Assembly: GCA_043228905.1 (NCBI GenBank)
Contig: JBHGNT010000003.1
Span: 11,098,001-11,162,000 of the forward strand
Length of the DNA: 64,000 nt
Direction: 5' to 3'
Source: Azolla caroliniana
Lineage: Eukaryota; Plantae; Polypodiophyta
Positions within the stretch are counted from its first letter, which is position 1, and each line of letters starts with the position of its first letter. The translations under genes and the position numbers were made by a program. Below, piece by piece: positions 49,066-62,002 of this stretch. The notes under the pieces were generated by a model, which made no database searches, was not told the DNA's origin, and was given only the letters and a program-made list of their open reading frames with translations.

Positions 49066-51769
49066 ACTGACATTAATGTCATCCTCTCCTCTTGATGTTT
49101 GTCATCTCACGTTGTCATGCTCCACCTGCAATGACCTATATATTAATAGCCATTGAAACGTGGTAATTCGCCTAACTTGTTGTTACCATAATTGATGCCA
49201 AAACTTGGCAATAGTTGTATGGGGAACATGACATGTGTGCCATATCTTTACATTTGCTAGTTCTCTATCACTTTGAGCAGTTGGGATGTGGCAACCCAAT
49301 CTGGTTATGAATTGGAAGAACAAGATGGCTTCGCTTCCTTGGCCCGCATAAAGGATCGCACCACGTCCATTGAGAAGTGTCCCAACTTACCTTATGTAGC
49401 ATTTCATGTGTAAATATCATTCATTGCATACATAAACCCTTGGGTATCAATAAAAAAGTGAAGCTAGATATATTATTGTTTGCATGCTTGCGACTTAGTA
49501 CATTTTATACGACATATTTTATAATACTAGTAATTGTTGTGAAAACCCTCAACAATGAAAACAATTATCTAGTTTTATGCATAAATATCATTCATCACAT
49601 ACATAAATCCTTGGGCATTCATAAATTTGTGCTACATTACTATTTGTGTGGTCAAGACTTAGTACGTGTTAATAAACTCATAGTCCTTGTCACAAGTTTC
49701 ATAGCCACCTTGTCATTTGCTAAATAAAATCTCTATTTATTCTTCTTCATATAATGCAATTTGTTTTAATTTATCGTCCTTGATGCAAGATAGGCATGAA
49801 CTATCATGTGGGACTACTTTAGGGAAATCCATATATACGTTCCTCTTGAATTAGAGACAAAAAGATATAATTAGGTGTTTTGGGTATTTAATATTGTGAA
49901 TACGATGTATCATTCAAGGCATACATCCTTTGTGCAACCTTTAGTAGTGGCTAAATATAAAGATGTGCTCACAACAATTGATTACAATAATGCTACAACT
50001 TGTTAATGAAAATAAATATATACAAATATTGCCACAATTAGAGAGTAGTTTTATTTATTATGGCTTTCTATCATGGGAAAAAATACATATGAGTCATTTA
50101 CATTAGTAAAAAATAATCAGCTTTAGTACACGTATTGTGATTGGCTATAGCCATAAAGTAGTGGGTTTGAGCTTCATGGGTTACATATAATGACAATTGT
50201 AATTTCTTCTGGTAGGCTCCTATGAAATGTAATGTGGCAACATTGTTAGAGAAAAAGAAAGCGCAATTACAATTTCGAGAAATTAAATGAGTATCTGAGA
50301 GGTCATGAAAAAAGGGTAAAATTATTTAACATGAGATGTTATGTCAATAATTTCATGTATAAATGCATAGCCTATTGATTTGTGTTTCTCTCTAACGATA
50401 TTGTTGGGGTCAACCCTAAACAACTATATTACATGTGTGAACACTATTAATTTGTGTCGGGATTATGGTCTTGTATAGTAAAACAAAGTGCATGTGTATG
50501 ACAAAAATGTCGAATAAGGAGTAAACGTAAAAGTAAAAGTAGAAGAAGAAGAAAAATGTGATAATGGCCCATTATTAATGGGCTAAAGTAAAAGAAACTC
50601 TTTGCCACTTGCCAAAAACTAAAGGTGTTGTGGGCATCATCCCAATGTAATACCACTATTACCCTTAGAGTAGTGATTCAAAAGGCATATTTCCATTATG
50701 CCTCTAATCATTAAGATGGTCACTGTGAATTTTGCCTCATTTTGTCTTTTCTCTACCTTGATCATCTAGTTTGAATGATCCAATTCAAGAGAAGCTTTAT
50801 AGTATGGTTGTCTTCCTTTATCATTCAGTTAAAAAACACCTATTGTTGATTCATAATGTTCATATTATCAAAACAAAAAAGTTGTTGCTCTCATATGCAA
50901 AATTTTATAACTAATGGAAGGAGTTCTTTTTGGCGAAAAAAAAACAAATATGGCCCTCATAGTTTTTCTTTGTTCAAGTATTAAGAAGTTTGCTAAATTT
51001 TGTTAGAGAGAAAACTCGAGGAGAATCCAAGTATTCCCATAATAGCCTATGTCAAAACAATTCAAAGAGGCCCTCTGTTTATTTTTTATTATTCGACACA
51101 GGCTAACCATTTTTTTGTACACATGGATGGAATTATGAAAGATTTTCGATGAAAGAGAATTTAGGTTCACACTATGTTCTAACAAATTGTCATTCTTGAA
51201 CTTCATTTTTCATAGTTAAAGTGGAGCTAAAAAAAAATCTTTTATGAGCTTCAAGGTACATAAAACCTTGTGGTATAAATTTAAACCATCCCGCATTAAA
51301 CCAATAATTTTATTATGGATATATTGGCACAAGAAATAGCCCTTATTCATTTGCTTATATGCAATTTATTGTTTTTATCAAGCATAATTTTCCATCCATT
51401 ACTATTATTTCTTTTTTTCACATGTATTTGTAAGTGATTCGACCTAACAATGGTTTCAACAAAAAAGGCATCAAAGTGGACGGGTTGAAATTCATAGTTG
51501 ATCAAGAATAAGATGGCATATTTACAACTTGACATGTGCTCTAGGACTAGTATGCTACAAAATATCAGTATATTTAAAGTGTTAATGGCAATAACTTTTG
51601 GATTCATGTGTCAAAGTAGCTTGTAGGAGTATTTTCGACATATCAATAACCCCATGATAAATAGGTTTAGGGATTGGTCATAGTTAAAAAATTTGTATGA
51701 CCATAACAAATTGAACACGAGCAAAATCTCAAGTTTTTACTGATATGGAATCATTTATTTACTGATGAA

Positions 51770-52872
51770 GCTACATGTGTTTTGGGTCTACGCCCTAGGT
51801 TATCATGGGCTACAATGGATAGTGGTCCAGCCCATATGGTTGCGGATTGGATAAATGTTTTGCAGACTTCAACGCAGGACCAAAGGAATATGTTGAGGGG
51901 CAAAGGTAATGTTCTCTCAACTATCCATGGTGTATCACTTTACAATGCCAACTTTGCGGTTTGATTAGTTTCAGAGTTGGTACTGCCACTTGCTGATCTG
52001 CAGTGGGATCCAACGGATTATGGTTGTCAATTGTCCATGTCTGACACTTCCACTAAGGTCCTCCCATTCTTCACATATTCGGTAGCATTTGGGAGAAACT
52101 TTATGTTGAAGCAGACTGAGTCGGTACCTATTGGAAAAAAGTATTGGGAGGAAGGTAATGTCTCATCTTCTCATATGGTGATGTTTTGGAAACAATTTTG
52201 GTCAATTAAATGTATGGACAAGATATTGCATTTTTTATGGTTGATGATTCATTATGCATTGCCAGTACGTGCATTGCTGAGGGGATCAGTGAGTGATCGG
52301 TCATGTGTTATGTGTGGTTCTGCATCATTGCATCATGTATTTTGGGAATGTGTTGCCGCAAAAAGATTTTGGTTTCGAATTCTTAGGCTTCTAGGTTGGC
52401 TATTTTCATGTGGGGTGCAGTCTTTTGGGGAATGTTGGATCAACAAATGTCTTTTTATCATCATCATTATTCTTCCTTGACATTACAGGTGAGAAGTTTT
52501 CAGGTGTACTCTACTTCAAGTTCCTTGCAGGGAATAAAGTTCTTCTCCTAGAGTTACATCTGGCATATTGTATTCTCTTTGGTTTTATGGGTGGTTTGGA
52601 AAGCTTGGTGTTTAAAGTTATACAATGATGAAAACACTCACGTTGTGGATCAGGTTAAGTCTTTTTGGGATTTATTGGTACATACGATTAAAGGTGATTA
52701 TGATAGTTATAAGGGTTCTGGAAACACAACTAATCAGAAAAGAAGGAGACTTCGTCGTGTTTGGTCAGTTATTCCTATTATGTTAGATCTAGGCGCTGAT
52801 GTCAGGTGGAACTACGTACCCCCTCGTTTGTTGTTCCCACCTCTAGCACCGTTCTTAGTGCAAACAGCATGA
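51770..52872 (+). mobile_element. L1-clade LINE 3' fragment (zf-RVT region)
   Basis: FWKQFW...KILHFLWLMIHYALP...CVMCG...HHVFWEC and LWVVWKAW. Confidence 0.78.
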
Positions 52873-53019
52873 GTTAACATAGAGGAGGCGGTTGCGGCAT
52901 ATAGGAAGGGTCCTTTGATGTTAGATGATTTTGGTAGTAATTTCCAAGATGTTGTTGCGAACAATGAAGCATAGGCTTTAGTTTCGATATGGATGAGTGA
53001 CATTGTTGCCGGGGGTTGA

Positions 53020-55438
53020 TGTCACATTCTAGACTCGAACCTCTAACTTTTAACACACAGAGTACATGGTGTTGTGTTACCCATATGGAAACTCTTGTGA
53101 ACTGTCTACATTCGATTGTGAACTTGTATATATTGTAGAGTCTAGTGTATAGTACATTCAAGAATATTCTAGTCATTAGTATATTCTAGAATTATTCTGT
53201 GGTATATTCTAAACGAGTATATTCTCGAGATATTTCTTGAGTATATTCTAGAGATATTCAATCTTGGAAATTGTTTAAATACTTGTAACATCCTTGGTCC
53301 CTTTCAAAGGATTCAACACCAATTATTGACACATCAATCTAGTATTCTCATTTCATTCCATATTGTCTCCTTCATCTTCATATTTGTCTCCATGCTCTTC
53401 AGTTAACCCTAGCTTCCTATGTTCATAGTCTTGTCACCCACAACTTCTAGAGTTCCTAGCCTTGTCACTTCTGGTTCCAGTTATCGGTTGTAGCCTCGTC
53501 ATCCGTGCTCCGTAGTAGTCTGTGGTTGGTGTGTCCGTGACAATTTGAATCCCTTCCAACTGGGAGCACCACCTGTCTTCGTCATCGTCGTTGCTTCTAA
53601 AGTTACCATCATCACCGTCCTTGCTTCCGGAGTTACCGTCATCAACATCCTTGTCTTCGACGTCATCATTTTCAGCACCTCTTCGCCGAACCATCGCCGT
53701 CATCAACACTACTTGTCATCATTTTTAGGTATCATTTTGCATCACGGTTTTGGTGAGGGGTGCTTTCGATCGCTCACCTTCCCAGTTTCGGTGGGGGTCA
53801 CAACCACTCACTTTCTTGGTGGGGATTGGATCATTGCTCGCTTGCACTGCATTTTCATTATAGTTCAAGTCTCGCGCCACTTTCTGTTGGCGAGGATCGA
53901 TTTCGGTCACTCACCTTCTAGTTTCAGTGGGGGTCACAACTGCTCAGTTTCCTAGTGGGGATCATGTGGGTTTCTCGTTACTGCTACTGTTTGTGCCGTG
54001 TCTTGGCCCAACCTCGACTATTTACCCTCTCATAATAGAAGAAGTCAAGTCAACCTCTTCACTTGCACTCCTTCGTCCGTTGTTCCAGTTCTCGGTAAGG
54101 GCCGCATGGTCGCTCACGTACGTTCGTGTTTAGTTCTTGGTGAGGGTCACATGGTCGCTCACATCCGTTCATGTTCTAGTTCTCGGTGAGGGCCGCATGG
54201 TTGGTCACGCCCGTTCGTGTTCAGTTCTCGATGAGGGTCGCATGGTCGCGCACATCCGTTCGTGTTCCAAATCTCGGTGAGGGTCACATGGTCGCTCACA
54301 CCCGTTCGTGTTTTCGATGAGGACCGCACATGGTCGCTCATGTTCCAAATCTTGGTGAGGGCTGCATGGTCACTCACGCTCGTTGGTGTTCGTGTTCCAA
54401 CTCTCGGTGAGGACCAACATGGTCTCTCATGCCTGTTGGTGTTCATGTTCCCTGTGAGAACCGCACATGGTCACTCATGCCCATTGGTATTCGTGTTCTA
54501 GTCTTCGGTGAGGACCGCACATGGTTGCTCACTCCAGCTATTGTTTGTGTTCCAGATCCCGGCGAGAACCGACATGGTCGCTCATGCATGTTGTTCATGT
54601 TACAGTTCCTAGTGAGGACCACACATTGTCGCTCACGCTCGTTGGTGGTTGTGTTCCAACTCTCGGCGAGGGCCAACGCGGTCTCTCATGCCCATTGGTG
54701 TTCGTGGTCCCCGTGAGGACCACACATGGTCACTCATGCCCGTTGATATTCATGTGCCAATTCCTGACGAGGACCGCACATGGTTGCTCATGCCCGTTGT
54801 TGTTCAATACCTCGTCTTCTAGAAGGTTTACTCCTTGTCTAGGATTTACAAAATACTTTGGAGGTGGTCTAAGATTTTCATCAACAATATCCCCTTAAGC
54901 CAAGGAGCGGTTTGGGAAGGCGGCATAAGAGGGGGGATAATGTCACATTCTAGATTCGAACCTCTGACTTTTAACGCACAGAGTACATGGTGTTTTGTTA
55001 ATCATATGGAAACTCTTGTGAATTTTCCACATTCGATTGTGAACTTGTATATATTGTAGAGTCCAGTGCATAGTACATTCAAGAATACTCTAGTCATTAC
55101 TATATTCTAGAATTATTCTGTGGCATATTCTAAACCGGTATATTCTCGAGATATTTCTTGAGTATATTCTAGAGATATTCAATCTTGGAAATTATATAAA
55201 TACTTGTAACGTCCTTGGTCCCTTTCAAAGGATTCAACACCAGTCATTGACACATCAATCTAGTATTCTCGTTTCACCCCATCTTGTCTCCTTGATCTTT
55301 AGCTATGTCTTCATTCTCGTTTGTCGCTCACAAAATCTAGAGTTCCTAGCCTCGTCACATCTAGCTCCAAGTTCATCTATCACTCTTAGCCCCATCATCA
55401 GTGCTCCGTCCTTATCCGCAGTTGGTGTGTCCGTGACA
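53020..55438 (+). mobile_element. Non-coding Tcn1-type LTR element (TRIM/LARD-like), 2.4 kb
   Basis: LTRs 53020-53542 and 54941-55438 (TGTCAC...GTGACA); perfect TSD GTTGA; PPT AAGAGGGGGGATAA; no recognisable domains. Confidence 0.93.
54088..54805. repeat. Degenerate tandem array, about 15 units of about 45-53 bp
   Basis: Recurring core GGTGAGGGCCGCATGGTCGCTCAC...CGTTCGTGTT. Confidence 0.9.
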
Positions 55439-55443
55439 GTTGA

Positions 55444-56660
55444 GCAGATTTTCATAAGGAGATGTAGAGAGTACACTCATGTTGTTTTCGCAGGTACAAG
55501 ATGTTGGTGATAATTGGCGATAGCGAGATGGTTGATGTGGATTTGAGGAAACTCATTTTCTATTTTTTGTCAAGATGAGTGATGATGTTGTGGGAGTTGA
55601 AGCATATTATCATGAGAAGGTGAGGAACTTTTTTAGAATCATTTTTTGTTGTCAGTACAAGATGTTGGTGGTAATCGGCGAGATGGCAAGATGGTCAGCG
55701 AGATGTTGATGTGGACTGAATGAAGAAGATTTTATGTCTCTCATTAGGATGAGTGAGTATGACGGTAGGGATTGAAGCATATTTTGCCATTACGAGAGGA
55801 TGAGTGATGATGGTGTGGGGGCCGAAGCATAGCATGATGGGATGAGGAAACATTCTACACTCATTTTGTTGTTATTTGTACAAGACCTTGGTGGTAATTG
55901 GCGAGATGGTTGATGCGGACTGAATGAAGCAAATTCTTGTTTTATGATAAGGATGAGTGAAGATGGCGTGGGGGTTGAAGCATATTTTCTTTAGGTGATG
56001 AGGACACTATGTCTTATGTTGTTATAGGTACATGATTCTGGTGATAACCGTCGACATGGCTGATGTGAGAACATGAAGGTTGTGATAAAGCAGAGTGTTG
56101 ATGGTATGGAGGCATACAAGTATATTCTCGATGGACTTGATGTGCACATGATTCTGGTGATAACCGTCGACATAGCTGATGATGAGGGATGATGTTGTGG
56201 GGGCTGAAGCAGATTATCAAGACTAGGTGAAGAAAGTTTTTAGACTCTTTTTTGTTGTCAATACAGGATGTTGGTGGAAATCGGCGAGATGGCAAGATGT
56301 TCGACAACATCGAGATGTTGATGTGGATTGAATGAAGAAGATTTTATGTTTCTCATTAGGATGAGTGATGATGGTGGTAGGTATTAAAGCATATTGACAT
56401 GTTGAGAGGAGGAGTGATGATGGTGTGGGGGCCGAAGCAGATCATGAGGGGATGAGGAAACATATTTAGACTCATTTTGTTGTTATTTGTACAGGAACTT
56501 GGTGGTAATCGGGGAGATGGTTGAGGCAGACTGAATGAAGCAAATTTTTTGTGTGATAAGGATGAGTGAAGATGGTTTGGGGGTCGACACATATTTTCTT
56601 GAGGTGATGTGGATACTATATCCTTTTGTGGTTATAGGTACATGATTTTGGTGATAAGGA
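55444..56660. repeat. Degenerate long-unit tandem repeat, strongly G/T skewed
   Basis: Recurring TACAAGATGTTGGTGGTAATCGGCGAGATGG...GACTGAATGAAG...AGGATGAGTGA; a related copy lies at 61160-61250. Confidence 0.8.
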
Positions 56661-57075
56661 TATACTATCAGTTTTAGAAAAGATTTCACAACTCAATTCT
56701 CCCCTTGTTATTATTGTTGAGGATGTTTTTGGAGAAGCGATTGCCACCCTTGTGGTTAATAAGTTGCGGGGTGCCGAGTTTATAACTAGTGATCTTGGAT
56801 TGAAGCTTGAAGAGACGATTGTTGAGCAATTAGGAACCGCTCGTAAAGTGACCATCACCAAGGACTCTACTACAATTATTGTAGATGTTGCCTCAAAAGA
56901 TGAGATATTGGCCATGATAGCTCAAATTAAGAAGAACTTGCAAAGCTAGCAGATAGAATTGCAAAGCTATCAGGTGGTGTAGATGTTATTAAGGTAGGAG
57001 TTGCCATTGAAACTGAGTTATAAGATCGGAAATTAAGCATTGAAGATGCATAAGTATGATACATTTGTTGCCATT
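56660..57075 (+). pseudogene. CPN60A: Intronless plastid-type chaperonin-60 alpha subunit fragment with internal deletions and stops
   Basis: EDVFGEAIATLVVNKLRG / AEFITSDLGL...EQLGTARKVTITKDSTTII...SKDEI / DRIAKLSGGVDVIKVG...DRKLSIEDA. Confidence 0.8.
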
Positions 57076-57499
57076 GGTCATGGAGATTAAGGATATGGTC
57101 GTTTCGACAAGCGAGATGATAGTTGTGGGTTATCCAAGGCGGCCCATCGCGATTTATTCCAAGAGTAATGCGCATCATGGAATCTTTGGTGTCTACAAAT
57201 GCAACAGATGTAGCAGGTGTTGTAGTACAGAAACAGGTGTTGAAGTACTGTTCTGTTGAAACAGGTGTTGAAGTACAAGAATTTGCTAAGTATGTTGTAG
57301 GTGACAAATCAAAGTCTTTCATTCACTGACTGAAGTTGAGCCTAATGTTGTGGTTGAAAATAGTTTTAGCCTACAATACAGAGATTTTTCAGATAATCCA
57401 AGGGCACTGGTATGTGTTGATTTTTCAATGGAAGAACGCCCGGATGAATCAGCCTCAAAAAGGGGTTTTGCTACACGTTCATTACATATAGGATGAACA

Positions 57500-57630
57500 A
57501 TGTCATTCTTTTTAGTTTTCCACTCTATTTCTTTGTGATTTGTTATAGGTCATCATGGCTAGAGCCATTGTAATGTTTTCAACTCAATGCTTCAGTCATG
57601 TATGCAAAAGTTCTGCTAATGAAGAATAAT
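57500..57630 (+). repeat. Dispersed repeat shared with 61638-61765 (also 57118-57147 with 61395-61423)
   Basis: ATAGGTCATC.TGGCTAGAGCCATTGTAATGTTTTCA...CTAATGAAGAATAA in both. Confidence 0.8.
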
Positions 57631-58164
57631 AAAAAAATGGAAAAAAAAAAAGCTCAAGTATACTATAACAACAAATCATGGTGTGCCACATCAACCTACA
57701 GTTTCAAATTTATGAGGACAATTTGGGGTAAAACAATAGTAACATTATGTTGTAGAATAGTTATTTGAAAGCAATGTTGATGTGAGATGTGAATTGGACA
57801 ACTATAATAAATATTTCTTATAATTTCCATAGCAATAATTCTATATCTTTAGGAACCTAAAGACCAAGGCATCACCAACAAAGGAAAATTGTGTTCATAG
57901 AAAGTTTTCCAAAAACTCATAAATTTTAGGTTCTAATTAGCAACGTTGGAGCCTTTGTGGTCGGTCAACACATCTAGATCTATGAGACCCCCAACACTCC
58001 TAAGTATGGGCTATGTCTCACGTGTACTATGTCTTTATATTATGCAAAGAAATTGGAAAGGAAAAATAAAGAAAAGGAAATGTATTATGGACAAGAAAAA
58101 CAACTTCAAGATTAACCTAAAGCTTGGTGTTGAATCGGAATGTCTTGGAAACCTTGTATGTTCT

Positions 58165-58520
58165 CTATCTTGGATGTATTCTCACCATTTAGTTATGATA
58201 TATAATTGCACAAGGTGTTTATAGTAATAAAATTACAATGCTACATATGGAATAGTTACAAATAGCTATTATCTTAATATCTAAGCCATATGTCAAGGAG
58301 GTCTTTAGTTCAAGTCTCATCAAAATGACACCATTTATGCCATGGGCCTTTGCAAGGTCGCCACCTATCTTCGATGTATTCTCACCATTTAGTTATGATA
58401 TATAATTGCACAAGGTGTAATACGCTACATATGGAATAATTACAAATAGCTATTATCTGAATATCTAAGCCATATGTCAATGAAGTCTTTAGTTCAAGTC
58501 TCATCAAAATGACACCATTG
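58165..58520. repeat. Local duplication (about 170 bp x2) of a minus-strand LTR start
   Basis: GATGTATTCTCACC...CATCAAAATGACACCATT at 58173-58338 and 58373-58519. Confidence 0.85.
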
Positions 58521-58589
58521 ACCATGAGTTTCCCTAAATGTAATGTATGGATTGGAACATGATTTTTTGATGCATCATTAATGAGTCTA

Positions 58590-59800
58590 CTACAAGACTT
58601 AGCACATTAACAAGATTTTGTCCTTGAATGTTCACAAGTCATGTCGTTTAGCACAAAGCCCAACCAATCCACAAGATAGTATGAATTGTTACACATAATC
58701 TTAAAGTCCAAAACTACTTCAACATCATACTCTTGTGTTTGAAAATGCTCAACTAGAGGTGGGAGCCTATCAACTTGATCTAGAATGGAACTAGAAGCAT
58801 GAGGCTTGAGTGGAGATTCATGTGTGAAGGGAGATTTAGACAAAACATAACACCATTGATTTGACTAGATCTAGCATGGACCAAAATGTTGTTAATCTAG
58901 TTTATCACATTGCATAGTAGTTTTCATGTTCAAGACAACAAACACACATAATCTCCAATTCGAGACTTCAACATCTTTCATGAGGAATTGTGATTTGATG
59001 ACAATTTGTAGCCAACTTGTGTACGACTTGGACATCTCACAAATGGTGAGAAAGCTTGGTCTTAATATCTCAGAGTTGAGTTGTATAATCTTTAGCAACA
59101 GAATTGCTTGAAACTTCTAGGCATGAAAATCTAGAAATATTTGAAACTTTCTAAGATCTGCAGATATACCTCTCATGAAACTACATATCCCATAAACTCC
59201 ACTTGACTGCGGTTGAAATGGCACTAATGTAGTTTGACATAGAGGTCATATTCTAATAATCATTGCAAAACTTGACAAACATGAATATCATGCTCCTCTT
59301 GATGATTGGATTGATGAATGTGCCCAAGAAGTCCCAAAATGTATCATTTGCCACATGTTGAACAACTAATGGAACATTCATGAGTGTAAAAGACATAACT
59401 ACATATTCAAAAAATCCAAATCAAGATTATGTAGTTTTCCATTCATCCCCTAAAGAAATCCAAACCAAGCACCTCAAACATCTACGTTGTGAAGTATTTG
59501 ATCCATGGAGATGTTCCAAAAGCCTTCGGATTAGTGTCTCAAAGGGGAACCTTGTTCAATGCATTATAATCCATGACCAAACAAAGTGAACCATCATTTT
59601 TCTTAAGAATGAAAATATGTGCACAATTAAGGGACCTTGAATGTCAAATGAACCCACTCACCACTTGAATGTCAAAGAACATAAACCTTTAATAATGTCA
59701 TAGCACATTCCTGGGATTCAATATGACAATCACAAGGTTTATGCTCAAAAGTCTATTCACCTTCACTAGATTTATGCTACTTTATGAACTTCTAATACTT
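58590..59800 (-). pseudogene. Very decayed Tcn1-like integrase and chromodomain
   Basis: QEYDVEVVLDFK...YYLVDWLG at about 58620-58745. Confidence 0.6.
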
Positions 59801-62002
59801 TGTTGATAGTTGAAACTTTGACTTTTATCTATTGGAATATGGAGTTGCTAATATTAAGAATACAAATATTGATTTGGTAGAGAGACCATCAAGACATGAT
59901 AGCATCTCGAACCTAATATAGACATAGTGATAGACTCAAGACCGTATCATGACCATAGGTACAAAAGGCACAACCTTTTCAGATATTCAAATATGACCTC
60001 CTCATAAGAGCCTTTGACATTTGCCACAATTTATAACATTTCATATTCTATCTTATTTCTTCCATTAACATAACACTTTGCCATATCAACAATTTCATAG
60101 TGTCTCGCACGATAACCATGCAATCATGCACGATAGCTAGGTGGCTATGGAAATTATTTATTCACTCTCAAACCATTTCGGTTCAAACTCTCAAGGGTTA
60201 AAGCCAAAACAATATTTAATCGGAAAGGGAGCAAGAAGACAAAGAAAAGAATACAATTTTCAAGTGTGCTTCAAAGATAAAAATATTGTTAGCATAACAA
60301 CCAACAATATTTGAAGATTATGAGAAGGAGATAATTTGCCTTAGCTTAGAATACATATTTATGCCCCTTTTAGATTTTTTTTTCCTTGAAAGATTTTCTT
60401 CAATAGTATTAAAAACTTCTGAAGGCTACAAGTTAAAGTTATCTGCCCAAAGGCTTACAATGTAGAATAAAAGACATTGTATGTACACCAAAACCTATAC
60501 ATACAAAAACCACTTATAAAGGGGTGTTGAAACTTGATACGGTACATTACCATAATGTACTGATATTCAAGAAAGGGTCCATGGAAGTATGCCCCTTTTA
60601 GATTTGTGTGAGGTTTTATCCAAATAGAGATCCCCACTCTAATGGAATTTGAGAAAGTACATTAATGAGGGCTCTTGATAGAACTAGAAAAACAACAAGG
60701 GGAAAACTATTAGTGTCTCTATTGTAGTGGCCTAGGACACATAACATTAATCAATTTTCCATGCCAGCCCAAATGTTAAGTAAATCAAGTAAGTGCTAAT
60801 GATAAACAAAAATTCTAGTTCTCCGATTAGTTGTTGCAACCCTAACGGCCTTATCGACCATGTCCCATCCAATAGGTTTTATGTTCTTCATCAATTAGAT
60901 GGATCCAACTATGAGGTTGAAGCCATTTAGGCTCTAAGGTTGTGAATCACGATCTATATTAGTTGGCGGATTGGTTTAGCTATACATCTATTATTCAATT
61001 TTGTGAGCTTCTCAAGAATCATGCTAATGCCCCGCCCCAAGTCTTGTTAAAGAAGTTCATCATCATTATCCTCACAAGTTAAGTAGTTTTGATTCATACC
61101 TTGTGACTCGTAGAACTTGTTGTTAAAAGAGGGGGAATAATGTCATGAGAATAATCTGGGTTTTGGTGGTAATCGGCGAGATGGTTGATGTGGAAAAGGA
61201 AGCATAATTTTGTATTCTTGATAAGGATGAGTGTTGATGGTGTGGATGTTAGAAGAATATTCTGGAGGGTCGAGGAGGTATGTTGTACTTGATTGAATTA
61301 TTAGATATATCTGCCCTTGAACGGATAGTCATTATTCCTTTTCAGATGAAGATGAAGGAGATGGTAGATTCGTATGGATGATTCAACATAAGGGATAGTT
61401 GTGGGCTAACCAAGGCGGCCCACTATGTTCTACGTCAACATGGTTCATCATACCTCATGTGACATTACATGAGTTGCAAGTAGGAGAATATGTGAAAGGA
61501 AAAGAAGGATTATTGTGATTATTATGGAGCCGAAGGACATGGTCACATTCGAATGGATGACGACATAAGAGCAAGTGGTGTGGACTAAACATTATGGCCC
61601 ACTATATTCTAGTTCACTACATATACGATGTCCTATGCCATTCTCTTTTGTCTTTCACTATCCTTCTTTGTGATTTTCATAGGTCATCCTGGCTAGAGCC
61701 ATTGTAATGTTTTCAGACTAATCATTTCGTCATGTATGCAAAATTTCTACTAATGAAGAATAATTTTTCAAAAATATCATGAGAATAAATATAAATTGTG
61801 TATCCTTTTCAAAGATTTGTGCATATTACCTCTGTAATAAAGGTAAAGGGCCTTCAACATTAATATATCTTATTTCTTATACAATGTTTCATATTTAATC
61901 CTATACACACTGCATTAATATAAGAGTATACAACAACAATAATATCATAGTGCCTTGCATGATCACCAAGTAGCAATCATGCATGACAACTAGGTGGTAG
62001 TC

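Noticed and set aside
49070-51770. Host gene in the AT-rich interval
   Set aside because: Only short ORFs with no recognisable domains or convincing exon structure; the same applies to 59800-61100.
54088-54805. Core-plus-linker array as CRISPR
   Set aside because: The linkers are related to each other, the cores are degenerate, and the context is a eukaryotic LTR element.
56660-57075. Bacterial groEL by horizontal transfer or contamination
   Set aside because: Residues such as SDLGL..E...EQLG.ARKVTI.KDSTTII and DRKL.IEDA fit the plant plastid Cpn60-alpha type, and the piece is decayed in place.
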